Source of the DNA: Utricularia gibba
Lineage: Eukaryota > Plantae > Magnoliophyta
Reading direction: 5' to 3'
DNA length: 64,000 nucleotides
Assembly: GCA_002189035.1 (NCBI GenBank)
Contig: NEEC01000016.1
Location: 62,001-126,000 of the forward strand
Shown: positions 36,901 to 51,900 of the stretch, piece after piece
How the letters are laid out: every line of letters begins with the position of its first letter
How positions within the stretch are numbered: position 1 is the stretch's first letter
Position numbers and translations under genes: made by a program
Notes under the pieces: generated by a model
The model's input: only the letters and a program-made list of their open reading frames with translations
What the model was told of the DNA's origin: nothing
The model's database searches: none

Positions 36901-39900
36901 ACTCTAAACGGTTTGGACGATGTGGCGTCAATGGCGAAGGCTGCGCGAGGCCACCCCTTGGTGTAGGAATTCCCAGGGCCCGAGCACACTCGGAGAAACG
37001 CATGAGAATGCCGCGAAATTCAAGATTTTGACATATATTAACGAATCACGCGTGTTTCGCAAGCCGAGAATTTTCGCATAAAAACGAGCAAAGGAGTCGC
37101 AACGTCCCCAATGGCTAGACCATTTTGTGACACCATTCAAGGCTAATATAAGGCCATCCTTCGAGCTTCGAACTTTCCTCGGATGGGCAAGCTCCCAACA
37201 CGAAAAACGACCGTCTCAGAATGAGCTTCGAAACGTATGCTTTGTGTCGCGTGACTCTAAACGTTTGGAAGATGTGGCGTCAATTGCGAAGGCTGCGCGA
37301 GGCCACCCCTTAATGTAGGAATTCCCAGGGCCCGAGCACACTCGGAGAAACGCATGAGAATGCCGCGAAATTCAAGATTTTGACATATATTAACGAATCA
37401 CGCGTGTTTCGCAATCCGAGAATAATTTTCGCATAAAAACGAGCAAAGGAGTCGCGATGTCCCCAATGGCTAGACCATTTTGGGACACATTGAAGGCTAA
37501 TATAAGGCCATCCGTCGAGCTTCGAACTTTCCTCGGATGGGCGAACTCCCAACACGAAAAACGACCGTCTCGGAATGAGCTTCGAAACGGTATGCTGTGT
37601 CGCGTGACTCTAAACGGTTTGGACGATGTGGCGTCAATGGCGAAGGCTGCGCGAGGCCACCCCTTAATGTAGGAATTCCCAGGGCCCGAGCACACTGAGA
37701 AACGCATGAGAATGCCGCGAAATTCAAGATTTTGACATATATTAACGAATCACGCGTGTTTCGCAATCCGAGAATAATTTTCGCATAAAAACGAGCAAAG
37801 GAGTCGCGATGTCCCCAATGGCTAGACCATTTTGACACCATTCAAGGCTTATATAGGCCATCCGTCGAGCTTCGAACTTTCCTCGGATGGGCGAACTCCC
37901 AACACGAAAAACGATCGTCTCAGAATGAGCTTCGAAACGGTATGCTGTGTGTCGCGTGACTCTAAACGGTTTGGACGATGTGGCGTCAATGGCGAAGGCT
38001 GCGCGAGGCCACCCCTTGGTGTAGGAATTCCCAGGGCCCGAGCACACTCGGAGAAACGCATGAGAATGCCGCGAAATTCAAGATTTTGACATATATTAAC
38101 GAATCACGCGTGTTTCGCAAGCCGAGAAAATTTTCGCATAAAAACGAGCAAAGAGTCGCAACGTCCCCAATGGCTAGGCCATTTTGTGACACCATTCAAG
38201 GCTTATATAGGGCCATCCGTCGAGCTTCGAACTTTCCTCGGATGGGCGACTCCCAACACGAAAAACGACCGTCTCGGAATGAGCTTCGAAACGGTATGCT
38301 GTGTGTCGCGTGACTCTAAACGGTTTGGACGATGTGGCGTCAATGGCGAAGGCTGCGCGAGGCCACCCCTTGGTGTAGGAATTCCGCCCGAGCACACTAG
38401 GAGAAACGCATGAGAATGCCGCGAAATTCAAGATTTTGACATATATTAACGAATCACGCGTGTTTCGCAAGCCGAGAATAATTTTCGCATAAAAACGAGC
38501 AAACGAGTCGCAACGTCCCCAATGGCTAGGCCATTTGTGACACCATTGAAGGCTTATATAGGCCATCCGTCGAGCTTCGAACTTTCCTCGGATGGCGAAC
38601 TCCCAACACGAAAACGATCGTCTCAGAATGAGCTTCGAAACGGTATGCTGTGTGTCGCGTGACTCTAAACGGTTGGAATGTGGCGTCAATGGCGAAGGCT
38701 GCGCGAGGCCACCCCTTAATGTAGGAATTCCAGGGCCCGAGCACACTCGGAGAAACGCATGAGAATGCCGCGAAATTCAAGATTTTGACATATATTAACG
38801 AATCACGCGTGTTTCGCAAGCCGAGAACAATTTTCGCATAAAAACGAGCAAACGAGTCCCAACGTCCCCAATGGCTAGGCCATTTTGTGACACCATTCAA
38901 GGCTTATATAGGGCCATCCGTCGAGCTTCGAACTTTCCTCGGATGGCGAACTCCCAACACGAAAAACGATCGTCTCAGAATGAGCTTCGAAACGGTATGC
39001 TGTGTGTCGCGTGACTCTAAACGGTTTGGACGATGTGGCGTCAATTGCGAAGGCTGCGCGAGGCCACCCCTTAATGTAGGAATTCCAGGGCCCGAGCACA
39101 CTCGGAGAAACGCATGAGAATGCCGCGAAATTCAAGATTTTGACATATATTAACGAATCACGCGTGTTTCGCAATCCGAGAATAATTTTCGCATAAAAAC
39201 GAGCAAAGGAGTCGCGATGTCCCCAATGGCTAGACCATTTGTGACACCATTCAAGGCTAATATAAGGCCATCCTTCGAGCTTCGAACTTTCCTCGGATGG
39301 GCGAGCTCCCAACACGAAAAACGATCGTCTCAGAATGAGCTTCGAAACGGTATGCTGTGTTGTCGCGTGACTCTAAACGGTTTGGACGATGTGGCGTCAA
39401 TGGCGAAGGCTGCGCGAGGCCACCCTTGGTGTAGGAAGTCCCAGCCCGAGCACACCCGAGAAACGCATGAGAATGCCGCGAAATTCAGATTTTGACATAT
39501 ATTAACGAATCACGCGTTTCGCAAGCCGAGAAAAATTTTCGCATAAAAACGAGCAAAAGGAGTCGCGTCCCCAATGGCTAGACCATTTTGTGACACCATT
39601 CAAGGCTTATATAGGGCCATCCTTCGAGCTTCGAACTTTCCTCGGATGGGCGAACTTCCAACACGAAAAAACGATCGTCTCAGAATGAGCTTCGAAACGG
39701 TATGCTGTGTGTCGCGTGACTCTAAACGGTTTGGACGATGTGGCGTCAATGGCGAAGGCTGCGCGAGGCCACCCCTTGTGTAGGAAGTCCCGGGCCCGAG
39801 CACACCGAGAAACGCATGAGAATGCCGCGAAATTCAAGATTTTGACATATATTAACGAATCACGCGTGTTTCGCAAGCCGAGAACAATTTTCGCATAAAA

Positions 39901-42900
39901 ACGAGCAAAGGAGTCGCAACGTCCCCAATGGCTAGACCATTTTGTGACACCATTGAAGGCTTATATAGGGCCATCCGTCGAGCTTCGAACTTTCCTCGGA
40001 TGGGCGAGCTCCCAACACGAAAAACGACCGTCTCGGAATGAGCTTCGAAACGGTATGCTGTGTGTCGCGTGACTCTAAACGGTTTGGACGATGTGGCGTC
40101 AATGGCGAAGGCTGCGCGAGGCCACCCCTTAATGTAGGAATTCCCAGGGCCCGAGCACACTCGGAGAAACGCATGAGAATGCCGCGAAATTCAAGATTTT
40201 GACATATATTAACGAATCACGCGTGTTTCGCAAGCCGAGAAACAATTTTCGCATAAAAACGAGCAAACGAGTCCCAACGTCCCCAATGGCTAGGCCATTT
40301 TGTGACACCATTCAAGGCTTATATAGGGCCATCCGTCGAGCTTCGAACTTTCCTCGGATGGGCGAACTTCCAACACGAAAAACGATCGTCTCAGAATGAG
40401 CTTCGAAACGTATGCTGTGTGTCGCGTGACTCTAAACGGTTTGGACGATGTGGCGTCAATGCGAAGGCTGCGCGAGGCCACCCCTTAATGTAGGAATTCC
40501 CAGGGCCCGAGCACACTAGAAACGCATGAGAATGCCGCGAAATTCAAGATTTTGACATATATTAACGAATCACGCGTGTTTCGCAATCCGAGAATAATTT
40601 TCGCATAAAAACGAGCAAAGGAGTCGCGATGTCCCCAATGGCTAGCCATTTTGGGACACCATTCAAGCTTATATAGGGCCATCCGTCGAGCTTCGAACTT
40701 TCCTCGGATGGGCGAACTCCCAACACGAAAAACGATCGTCTCAGAATGAGCTTCGAAACGGTATGCTGTGTGTCGCGTGACTCTAAACGGTTTGGACGAT
40801 GTGGCGTCAATGGCGAAGGCTGCGCGAGGCACCCCTTAATGTAGGAAGTCCCAGGGCCGAGCACACTAGAAACGCATGAGAATGCCGCGAAATTCAAGAT
40901 TTTGACATATATTAACGAATCACGCGTGTTTCGCAAGCCGAGAACAATTTTCGCATAAAAACGAGCAAACGAGCCAACGTCCCCAATGGCTAGGCCATTT
41001 TGACACCATTCAAGGCTTATATAGGGCCATCCGTCGAGCTTCGAACTTTCCTCGGATGGGCGAACTCCCAACACGAAAAACGATCGTCTCAGAATGAGCT
41101 TCGAAACGGTATGCTGTGTGTCGCGTGACTCTAAACGGTTTGGAATGTGGCGTCAATTGGCGAAGGCTGCGCGAGGCCACCCCTTAATGTAGGAATTCCC
41201 AGGGCCCGAGCACACTCGGAGAAACGCATGAGAATGCCGCGAAATTCAAGATTTTGACATATATTAACGAATCACGCGTGTTTCGCAAGCCGAGAATAAT
41301 TTTCGCATAAAAACGAGCAAAGGAGTCGCGATGTCCCCAATGGCTAGACCATTTTGTGACCATTCAAGGCTATATAAGGCCATCCTTCGAGCTTCGAACT
41401 TTCCTCGGATGGGCGAGCTCCCAACACGAAAAACGATCGTCTCAGAATGAGCTTCGAAACGGTATGCTGTGTGTCGCGTGACTCTAAACGGTTTGGACGA
41501 TGTGGCGTCAATGGCGAAGGCTGCGCGAGGCCACCCCTTGGTGTAGGAATTCCAGGCCCGAGCACACCCGAGAAACGCATGAGAATGCCGCGAAATTCAA
41601 GATTTTGACATATATTAACGAATCACGCGTGTTTCGCAAGCCGAGAAAATTTTCGCATAAAAACGAGCAAAGGAGTCGCAACGTCCCCAATGGCTAGACC
41701 ATTTTGTGACACCATTCAAGGCTATATAAGGCCATCCTTCGAGCTTCGAACTTTCCTCGGATGGGCGAACTCCCAACACGAAAAACGATCGTCTCAGAAT
41801 GAGCTTCGAAACGGTATGCTGTGTGTCGCGTGACTCTAAACGGTTTGGACGATGTGGCGTCAATGGCGAAGGCTGCGCGAGGCCACCCCTTGGTGTAGGA
41901 AGTCCCGGGGCCCGAGCACACCCTAGAAACGCATGAGAATGCCGCGAAATTCAAGATTTTGACATATATTAACGAATCACGCGTGTTTCGCAAGCCGAGA
42001 ATAATTTTCGCATAAAAACGAGCAAAGGAGTCGCAACGTCCCCAATGGCTAGACCATTTTGTGACACCATTGAAGGCTTATATAGGCCATCCGTCGAGCT
42101 TCGAACTTTCCTCGGATGGGCGACTCCCAACACGAAAAACGACCGTCTCAGAATGAGCTTCGAAACGGTATGCTGTGTGTCGCGTGACTCTAAACGGTTT
42201 GGACGATGTGGCGTCAATGGCGAAGGCTGCGCGAGGCCACCCCTTAATGTAGGAATTCCCAGGGCCCGAGCACACTCGGAGAAACGCATGAGAATGCCGC
42301 GAAATTCAAGATTTTGACATATATTAACGAATCACGCGTGTTTCGCAAGCCGAGAAATTTTCGCATAAAAACGAGCAAACGAGTCCCAACGTCCCCAATG
42401 GCTAGGCCATTTGTGACACCATTCAAGGCTTATATAGGCCATCCGTCGAGCTTCGAACTTTCCTCGGATGGGCGAACTCCCAACACGAAAAACGACCGTC
42501 TCAGAATGAGCTTCGAAACGGTATGCTGTGTGTCGCGTGACTCTAAACGGTTTGGACGATGTGGCGTCAATGGCGAAGGCTGCGCGAGGCCACCCCTTAA
42601 TGTAGGAATTCCCAGGGCCCGAGCACACTCGAGAAACGCATGAGAATGCCGCGAAATTCAAGATTTTGACATATATTAACGAATCACGCGTGTTTCGCAA
42701 GCCGAGAATTATTTTCGCATAAAAACGAGCAAACGAGTCCCAACGTCCCCAATGGCTAGGCCATTTTGTGACACCATTCAAGGCTTATATAGGGCCATCC
42801 GTTGAGCTTCGAACTTTCCTCGGATGGGCTCCCAACACGAAAAACGATCGTCTCAGAATGAGCTTCGAAACGGTATGCTGTGTGTCGCGTGACTCTAAAC

Positions 42901-45900
42901 TTTGGACGATGTGGCGTCAATGGCGAAGGCTGCGCGAGGCCACCCCTTGGTGTAGGAATTCCCAGGGCCCGAGCACACTCGGAGAAACGCATGAGAATGC
43001 CGCGAAATTCAAGATTTTGACATATATTAACGAATCACGCGTGTTTCGCAAGCCGAGAATTATTTTCGCATAAAAACGAGCAAAAGGAGTCGCAATGTCC
43101 CCAATGGCTAGACCATTTTGTGACACCATTGAAGGCTAATATAGGCCATCCTTCGAGCTTCGAACTTTCCTCGGATGGGCAAGCTCCCAACACGAAAAAC
43201 GACCGTCTCAGAATGAGCTTCGAAACGGTATGCTGTGTGTCGCGTGACTCTAAACGGTTTGGACGATGTGGCGTCAATGGCGAAGGCTGCGCGAGGCCAC
43301 CCCTTAATGTAGGAATTCCCAGGGCCCGAGCACACTCGGAGAAACGCATGAGAATGCCGCGAAATTCAAGATTTTGACATATATTAACGAATCACGCGTG
43401 TTTCGCAATCCGAGAATAATTTTCGCATAAAAACGAGCAAAGGAGTCGCAATGTCCCCAATGGCTAGACCATTTTTGGACACCATTGAAGGCTAATATAG
43501 GCCATCCTTCGAGCTTCGAACTTTCCTCGGATGGGCGAACTCCCAACACGAAAAACGACCGTCTCGGAATGAGCTTCGAAACGGTATGCTGTGTGTCGCG
43601 TGACTCTAAACGGTTTGGACGATGTGGCGTCAATGGCGAAGGCTGCGCGAGGCCACCCCTTGGTGTAGGAATTCCCAGGCCCGAGCACACGGAGAAACGC
43701 ATGAGAATGCCGCGAAATTCAAGATTTTGACATATATTAACGAATCACGCGTGTTTCGCAAGCCGAGAATAATTTTCGCATAAAAACGAGCAAAGGAGTC
43801 GCAACGTCCCCAATGGCCCATTTTGTGACACCATTCAAGGCTTATATAGGGCCATCCGTCGAGCTTCGAACTTTCCTCGGATGGGCAACTCCCAACACGA
43901 AAAACGATCGTCTCAGAATGAGCTTCGAAACGGTATGCTGTGTGTCGCGTGACTCTAAACGGTTTGGACGATGTGGCGTCAATGGCGAAGGCTGCGCGAG
44001 GCCACCCCTTAATGTAGGAATTCCCAGGGCCCGAGCACACTCGGAGAAACGCATGAGAATGCCGCGAAATTCAAGATTTTGACATATATTAACGAATCAC
44101 GCGTGTTTCGCAATCCGAGAACAATTTTCGCATAAAAACGAGCAACGAGTCGCAACGTCCCCAATGGCTAGGCCATTTTGTGACACCATTCAAGGCTTAT
44201 ATAGGGCCATCCGTCGAGCTTCGAACTTTCCTCGGATGGGCGAACCCAACACGAAAAACGACCGTCTCAGAATGAGCTTCGAAACGGTATGCTGTGTGTC
44301 GCGTGACTCTAAACGGTTTGGACGATGTGGCGTCAATGGCGAAGGCTGCGCGAGGCCACCCTTAATGTAGGAATTCCCAGGGCCCGAGCACACTCGAGAA
44401 ACGCATGAGAATGCCGCGAAATTCAAGATTTTGACATATATTAACGAATCACGCGTTTTCGCAAGCCGAGAATTATTTTCGCATAAAAACGAGCAAACGA
44501 GTCCCAACGTCCCCAATGGCTAGGCCATTTTGTGACACCATTCAAGGCTTATATAGGCCATCCGTCGAGCTTCGAACTTTCCTCGGATGGGCGACCCCAA
44601 CACGAAAAACGATCGTCTCAGAATGAGCTTCGAAACGGTATGCTGTGTCGCGTGACTCTAAACGGTTTGGACGATGTGGCGTCAATGGCGAAGGCTGCGC
44701 GAGGCCACCCCTTGGTGTAGGAAGTCCCAGGCCCGAGCACACCCGGAGAAACGCATGAGAATGCCGCGAAATTCAAGATTTTGACATATATTAACGAATC
44801 ACGCGTGTTTCGCAAGCCGAGAAATTTTCGCATAAAAACGAGCAAAGGAGTCGCAACGTCCCCAATGGCTAGGCCATTTTGTGACACCATTCAAGGCTTA
44901 TATAGGGCCATCCGTCGAGCTTCGAACTTTCCTCGGATGGGCGACTCCCAACACGAAAAACGATCGTCTCAGAATGAGCTTCGAAACGGTATGCTGTGTT
45001 CGCGTGACTCTAAACGGTTTGGACGATGTGGCGTCAATGGCGAAGGCTGCGCGAGGCCACCCCTTAATGTAGGAATTCCCAGGGCCCGAGCACACTCGAG
45101 AAACGCATGAGAATGCCGCGAAATTCAAGATTTTGACATATATTAACGAATCACGCGTGTTTCGCAATCCGAGAATAATTTTCGCATAAAAACGAGCAAA
45201 GGAGTCGCAATGTCCCCAATGGCTAGACCATTTTGTGACACCATTCAAGGCTAATATAAGGCCATCCTTCGAGCTTCGAACTTTCCTCGGATGGGCGAAC
45301 TCCCAACACGAAAAACGACCGTCTCAGAATGAGCTTCGAAACGGTATGCTGTGTGTCGCGTGACTCTAAACGGTTTGGACGATGTGGCGTCAATGGCGAA
45401 GGCTGCGCGAGGCCACCCCTTGGTGTAGGAAGTCCCGCCCGAGCACACCCTAGAAACGCATGAGAATGCCGCGAAATTCAAGATTTTGACATATATTAAC
45501 GAATCACGCGTGTTTCGCAAGCCGAGAAAATTTTCGCATAAAAACGAGCAAAGGAGTCCAACGTCCCCAATGGCTAGACCATTTTGTGACCATTCAAGGC
45601 TATATAAGGCCATCCTTCGAGCTTCGAACTTTCCTCGGATGGGCGAACTCCCAACACGAAAAACGACCGTCTCAGAATGAGCTTCGAAACGGTATGCTGT
45701 GTGTCGCGTGACTCTAAACGGTTTGGACGATGTGGCGTCAATGGCGAAGGCTGCGCGAGGCCACCCCTTGGTGTAGGAAGTCCCGGGCCCGAGCACACCC
45801 GAGAAACGCATGAGAATGCCGCGAAATTCAAGATTTTGACATATATTAACGAATCACGCGTGTTTCGCAAGCCGAGAATAATTTTCGCATAAAAACGAGC

Positions 45901-48900
45901 AAAGGAGTCGCAACGTCCCCAATGGCTAGCCATTTTGTGACACCATTCAAGGCTTATATAGGGCCATCCGTCGAGCTTCGAACTTTCCTCGGATGGGCAA
46001 CTCCCAACACGAAAAACGACCGTCTCAGAATGAGCTTCGAAACGGTATGCTGTGTGTCGCGTGACTCTAAACGGTTTGGACGATGTGGCGTCAATGGCGA
46101 AGGCTGCGCGAGGCCACCCCTTTGTAGGAATTCCCAGGGCCCGAGCACACTCGGAGAAACGCATGAGAATGCCGCGAAATTCAAGATTTTGACATATATT
46201 AACGAATCACGCGTGTTTCGCAAGCCGAGAAGTTTTCGCATAAAAACGAGCAAACGAGTCCCAACGTCCCCAATGGCTAGGCCATTTTGTGACACCATTC
46301 AAGGCTTATATAGGGCCATCCGTCGAGCTTCGAACTTTCCTCGGATGGGCGAACTCCCAACACGAAAAACGACCGTCTCGGAATGAGCTTCGAAACGGTA
46401 TGCTGTGTGCGCGTGACTCTAAACGGTTTGGACGATGTGGCGTCAATGGCGAAGGCTGCGCGAGGCCACCCCTTAATGTAGGAATTCCCAGGGCCCGAGC
46501 ACACTCGGAGAAACGCATGAGAATGCCGCGAAATTCAAGATTTTGACATATATTAACGAATCACGCGTGTTTCGCAAGCCGAGAACAATTTTCGCATAAA
46601 AACGAGCAAAGGAGTCGCAACGTCCCCAATGGCTAGGCCATTTTGTGACACCATTCAAGGCTTATATAGGGCCATCCGTCGAGCTTCGAACTTTCCTCGG
46701 ATGGGCGACTCCCAACACGAAAAACGATCGTCTCAGAATGAGCTTCGAAACGGTATGCTGTGTGTCGCGTGACTCTAAACGGTTTGGACGATGTGGCGTC
46801 AATGGCGAAGGCTGCGCGAGGCCACCCCTTAATGTAGGAATTCCCAGGGCCCGAGCACACTCGGAGAAACGCATGAGAATGCCGCGAAATTCAAGATTTT
46901 GACATATATTAACGAATCACGCGTGTTTCGCAATCCGAGAATAATTTTCGCATAAAAACGAGCAAAGGAGTCGCAACGTCCCCAATGGCTAGCCATTTTG
47001 TGACACCATTCAAGGCTAATATAAGGCCATCCTTCGAGCTTCGAACTTTCCTCGGATGGGCAACTCCCAACACGAAAAACGATCGTCTCAGAATGAGCTT
47101 CGAAACGGTATGCTGTGTGTCGCGTGACTCTAAACGGTTTGGACGATGTGGCGTCAATGGCGAAGGCTGCGCGAGGCCACCCCTTGGTGTAGGAATTCCC
47201 AGGGCCCGAGCACACCCTAGAAACGCATGAGAATGCCGCGAAATTCAAGATTTTGACATATATTAACGAATCACGCGTGTTTCGCAAGCCGAGAAAAATT
47301 TTCGCATAAAAACGAGCAAAGGAGTCGCAACGTCCCCAATGGCTAGACCATTTTGTGACACCATTCAAGGCTATATAGGGCCATCCGTCGAGCTTCGAAC
47401 TTTCCTCGGATGGGCGAACTCCCAACACGAAAAACGATCGTCTCAGAATGAGCTTCGAAACGGTATGCTGTGTGTCGCGTGACTCTAAACGGTTTGGACG
47501 ATGTGGCGTCAATGGCGAAGGCTGCGCGAGGCCACCCCTTGGTGTAGGAAGTCCCGGGCCCGAGCACACCCGAGAAACGCATGAGAATGCCGCGAAATTC
47601 AAGATTTGACATATATTAACGAATCACGCGTGTTTCGCAAGCCGAGAATAATTTTCGCATAAAAACGAGCAAAGGAGTCGCAATGTCCCAATGGCTAGAC
47701 CATTTTGTGACACCATTGAAGGCTATATAAGGCCATCCTTCGAGCTTCGAACTTTCCTCGGATGGGCAACTCCCAACACGAAAAACGACCGTCTCAGAAT
47801 GAGCTTCGAAACGGTATGCTGTGTGTCGCGTGACTCTAAACGGTTTGGACGATGTGGCGTCAATGGCGAAGGCTGCGCGAGGCCACCCCTTAATGTAGGA
47901 ATTCCCAGGGCCCGAGCACACTCGGAGAAACGCATGAGAATGCCGCGAAATTCAAGATTTTGACATATATTAACGAATCACGCGTGTTTCGCAAGCCGAG
48001 AAAATTTTCGCATAAAAACGAGCAAAGGAGTCCAACGTCCCCAATGGCTAGGCCATTTTGTGACACCATTCAAGGCTTATATAGGGCCATCCGTCGAGCT
48101 TCGAACTTTCCTCGGATGGGCGAACTTCCAACACGAAAAACGACCGTCTCAGAATGAGCTTCGAAACGGTATGCTGTGTGTCGCGTGACTCTAAACGGTT
48201 TGGACGATGTGGCGTCAATGGCGAAGGCTGCGCGAGGCCACCCCTTGGTGTAGGAATTCCCAGGGCCCGAGCACACTCGGAGAAACGCATGAGAATGCCG
48301 CGAAATTCAAGATTTTGACATATATTAACGAATCACGCGTGTTTCGCAATCCGAGAATAATTTTCGCATAAAAACGAGCAAAGGAGTCGCAACGTCCCCA
48401 ATGGCTAGGCCATTTTGTGACACCATTGAAGGCTTATATAGGGCCATCCGTCGAGCTTCGAACTTTCCTCGGATGGGCGACTCCCAACACGAAAAACGAC
48501 CGTCTCGGAATGAGCTTCGAAACGGTATGCTGTGTGTCGCGTGACTCTAAACGGTTTGGACGATGTGGCGTCAATGGCGAAGGCTGCGCGAGGCCACCCC
48601 TTGGTGTAGGAATTCCCAGGGCCCGAGCACACTCGGAGAAACGCATGAGAATGCCGCGAAATTCAAGATTTTGACATATATTAACGAATCACGCGTGTTT
48701 CGCAAGCCGAGAATAATTTTCGCATAAAAACGAGCAAAGGAGTCGCAACGTCCCCAATGGCTAGACCATTTTGGACACCATTGAAGGCTATATAGGGCCA
48801 TCCTTCGAGCTTCGAACTTTCCGGATGGGCGAACTCCCAACACGAAAAACGACCGTCTCGGAATGAGCTTCGAAACGGTATGCTGTGTGTCGCGTGACTC

Positions 48901-51900
48901 TAAACGGTTTGGACGATGTGGCGTCAATGGCGAAGGCTGCGCGAGGCCACCCCTTAATGTAGGAATTCCCAGGGCCCGAGCACACCGGAGAAACGCATGA
49001 GAATGCCGCGAAATTCAAGATTTTGACATATATTAACGAATCACGCGTGTTTCGCAATCCGAGAACAATTTTCGCATAAAAACGAGCAAACGAGTCGCAA
49101 CGTCCCCAATGGCTAGGCCATTTTGTGACACCATTCAAGGCTTTATTAGGGCCATCCGTCGAGCTTCGAACTTTCCTCGGATGGGCGAACTTCCAACACG
49201 AAAACGACCGTCTCAGAATGAGCTTCGAAACGGTATGCTGTGTGTCGCGTGACTCTAAACGGTTTGGACGATGTGGCGTCAATGGCGAAGGCTGCGCGAG
49301 GCCACCCCTTGTGTAGGAATTCCCAGGGCCCGAGCACACTAGAAACGCATGAGAATGCCGCGAAATTCAAGATTTTGACATATATTAACGAATCACGCGT
49401 GTTTCGCAAGCCGAGAACAATTTTCGCATAAAAACGAGCAAACGAGTCCAACGTCCCCAATGGCTAGGCCATTTTGTGACACCATTCAAGGCTTATATAG
49501 GGCCATCCGTCGAGCTTCGAACTTTCCTCGGATGGGCGACTCCCAACACGAAAAACGATCGTCTCAGAATGAGCTTCGAAACGGTATGCTGTGTGTCGCG
49601 TGACTCTAAACGGTTTGGACGATGTGGCGTCAATGGCGAAGGCTGCGCGAGGCCACCCCTTGGTGTAGGAATTCCCAGGGCCCGAGCACACTCGGAGAAA
49701 CGCATGAGAATGCCGCGAAATTCAAGATTTTGACATATATTAACGAATCACGCGTGTTTCGCAAGCCGAGAATATTTTCGCATAAAAACGAGCAAAGGAG
49801 TCGCAACGTCCCCAATGGCTAGCCATTTTGTGACACCATTGAAGGCTATATAGGGCCATCCTTCGAGCTTCGAACTTTCCTCGGATGGGCAAGCTCCCAA
49901 CACGAAAAACGACCGTCTCAGAATGAGCTTCGAAACGTATGCTGTGTGTCGCGTGACTCTAAACGGTTTGGACGATGTGGCGTCAATGGCGAAGGCTGCG
50001 CGAGGCCACCCTTAATGTAGGAATTCCCAGGGCCCGAGCACACTGAGAAACGCATGAGAATGCCGCGAAATTCAAGATTTTGACATATATTAACGAATCA
50101 CGCGTGTTTCGCAAGCCGAGAATAATTTTCGCATAAAAACGAGCAAACGAGTCGCAACGTCCCCAATGGCTAGCCATTTTGTGACACCATTCAAGGCTTA
50201 TATAGGCCATCCGTCGAGCTTCGAACTTTCCTCGGATGGGCGAACTCCCAACACGAAAAACGATCGTCTCAGAATGAGCTTCGAAACGGTATGCTGTGTG
50301 TCGCGTGACTCTAAACGGTTTGGACGATGTGGCGTCAATGGCGAAGGCTGCGCGAGGCCACCCCTTGGTGTAGGGTCCCGGGCCCGAGCACACCCGAGAA
50401 ACGCATGAGAATGCCGCGAAATTCAAGATTTTGACATATATTAACGAATCACGCGTGTTTCGCAAGCCGAGATAATTTTCGCATAAAAACGAGCAAAGGA
50501 GTCGCAACGTCCCCAATGGCTAGGCCATTTTGACACCATTCAAGGCTAATATAAGGCCATCCTTCGAGCTTCGAACTTTCCTCGGATGGGCAACTCCCAA
50601 CACGAAAAACGACCGTCTCAGAATGAGCTTCGAAACGGTATGCTGTGTGTCGCGTGACTCTAAACGGTTTGGACGATGTGGCGTCAATGGCGAAGGCTGC
50701 GCGAGGCCACCCCTTGGTGTAGGAATTCCCAGGGCCCGAGCACACCGGAGAAACGCATGAGAATGCCGCGAAATTCAAGATTTTGACATATATTAACGAA
50801 TCACGCGTGTTTCGCAATCCGAGAATAATTTTCGCATAAAAACGAGCAAAGGAGTCGCAACGTCCCCAATGGCTAGGCCATTTTGTGACACCATTCAAGG
50901 CTTATATAGGCCATCCGTCGAGCTTCGAACTTTCCTCGGATGGGCGAACTCCCAACACGAAAAACGATCGTCAGAATGAGCTTCGAAACGGTATGCTGTG
51001 TGTCGCGTGACTCTAAACGGTTTGGACGATGTGGCGTCAATGGCGAAGGCTGCGCGAGGCCACCCCTTAATGTAGGAATTCCCAGGGCCCGAGCACACTC
51101 GGAGAAACGCATGAGAATGCCGCGAAATTCAAGATTTTGACATATATTAACGAATCACGCGTGTTTCGCAAGCCGAGAATAATTTTCGCATAAAAACGAG
51201 CAAACGAGTCCCAACGTCCCCAATGGCTAGGCCATTTTGTGACACCATTCAAGGCTTATATAGGCCATCCTTCGAGCTTCGAACTTTCCTCGGATGGGCA
51301 ACTTCCAACACGAAAAACGACCGTCTCGGAATGAGCTTCGAAACGGTATGCTGTGTGTCGCGTGACTCTAAACGGTTTGGACGATGTGGCGTCAATGGCG
51401 AAGGGCTGCGCGAGGCCACCCCTTGGTGTAGGAATTCCCAGGGCCCGCACACTCGAGAAACGCATGAGAATGCCGCGAAATTCAGATTTTGACATATATT
51501 AACGAATCACGCGTGTTTCGCAAGCCGAATTATTTTCGCATAAAAACGAGCAAAGGAGTCCAACGTCCCCAATGGCTAGGCCATTTTGTGACACCATTCA
51601 AGGCTTATATAGGGCCATCCGTCGAGCTTCGAACTTTCCTCGGATGGGCGAACTCCCAACACGAAAAACGATCGTCTCAGAATGAGCTTCGAAACGGTAT
51701 GCTGTGTGTCGCGTGACTCTAAACGGTTTGGACGATGTGGCGTCAATGGCGAAGGCTGCGCGAGGCCACCCCTTGGTGTAGGAATTCCCGGCCCGAGCAC
51801 ACCCAGAAACGCATGAGAATGCCGCGAAATTCAAGATTTTGACATATATTAACGAATCACGCGTGTTTCGCAATCCGAGAATAATTTTCGCATAAAAACG

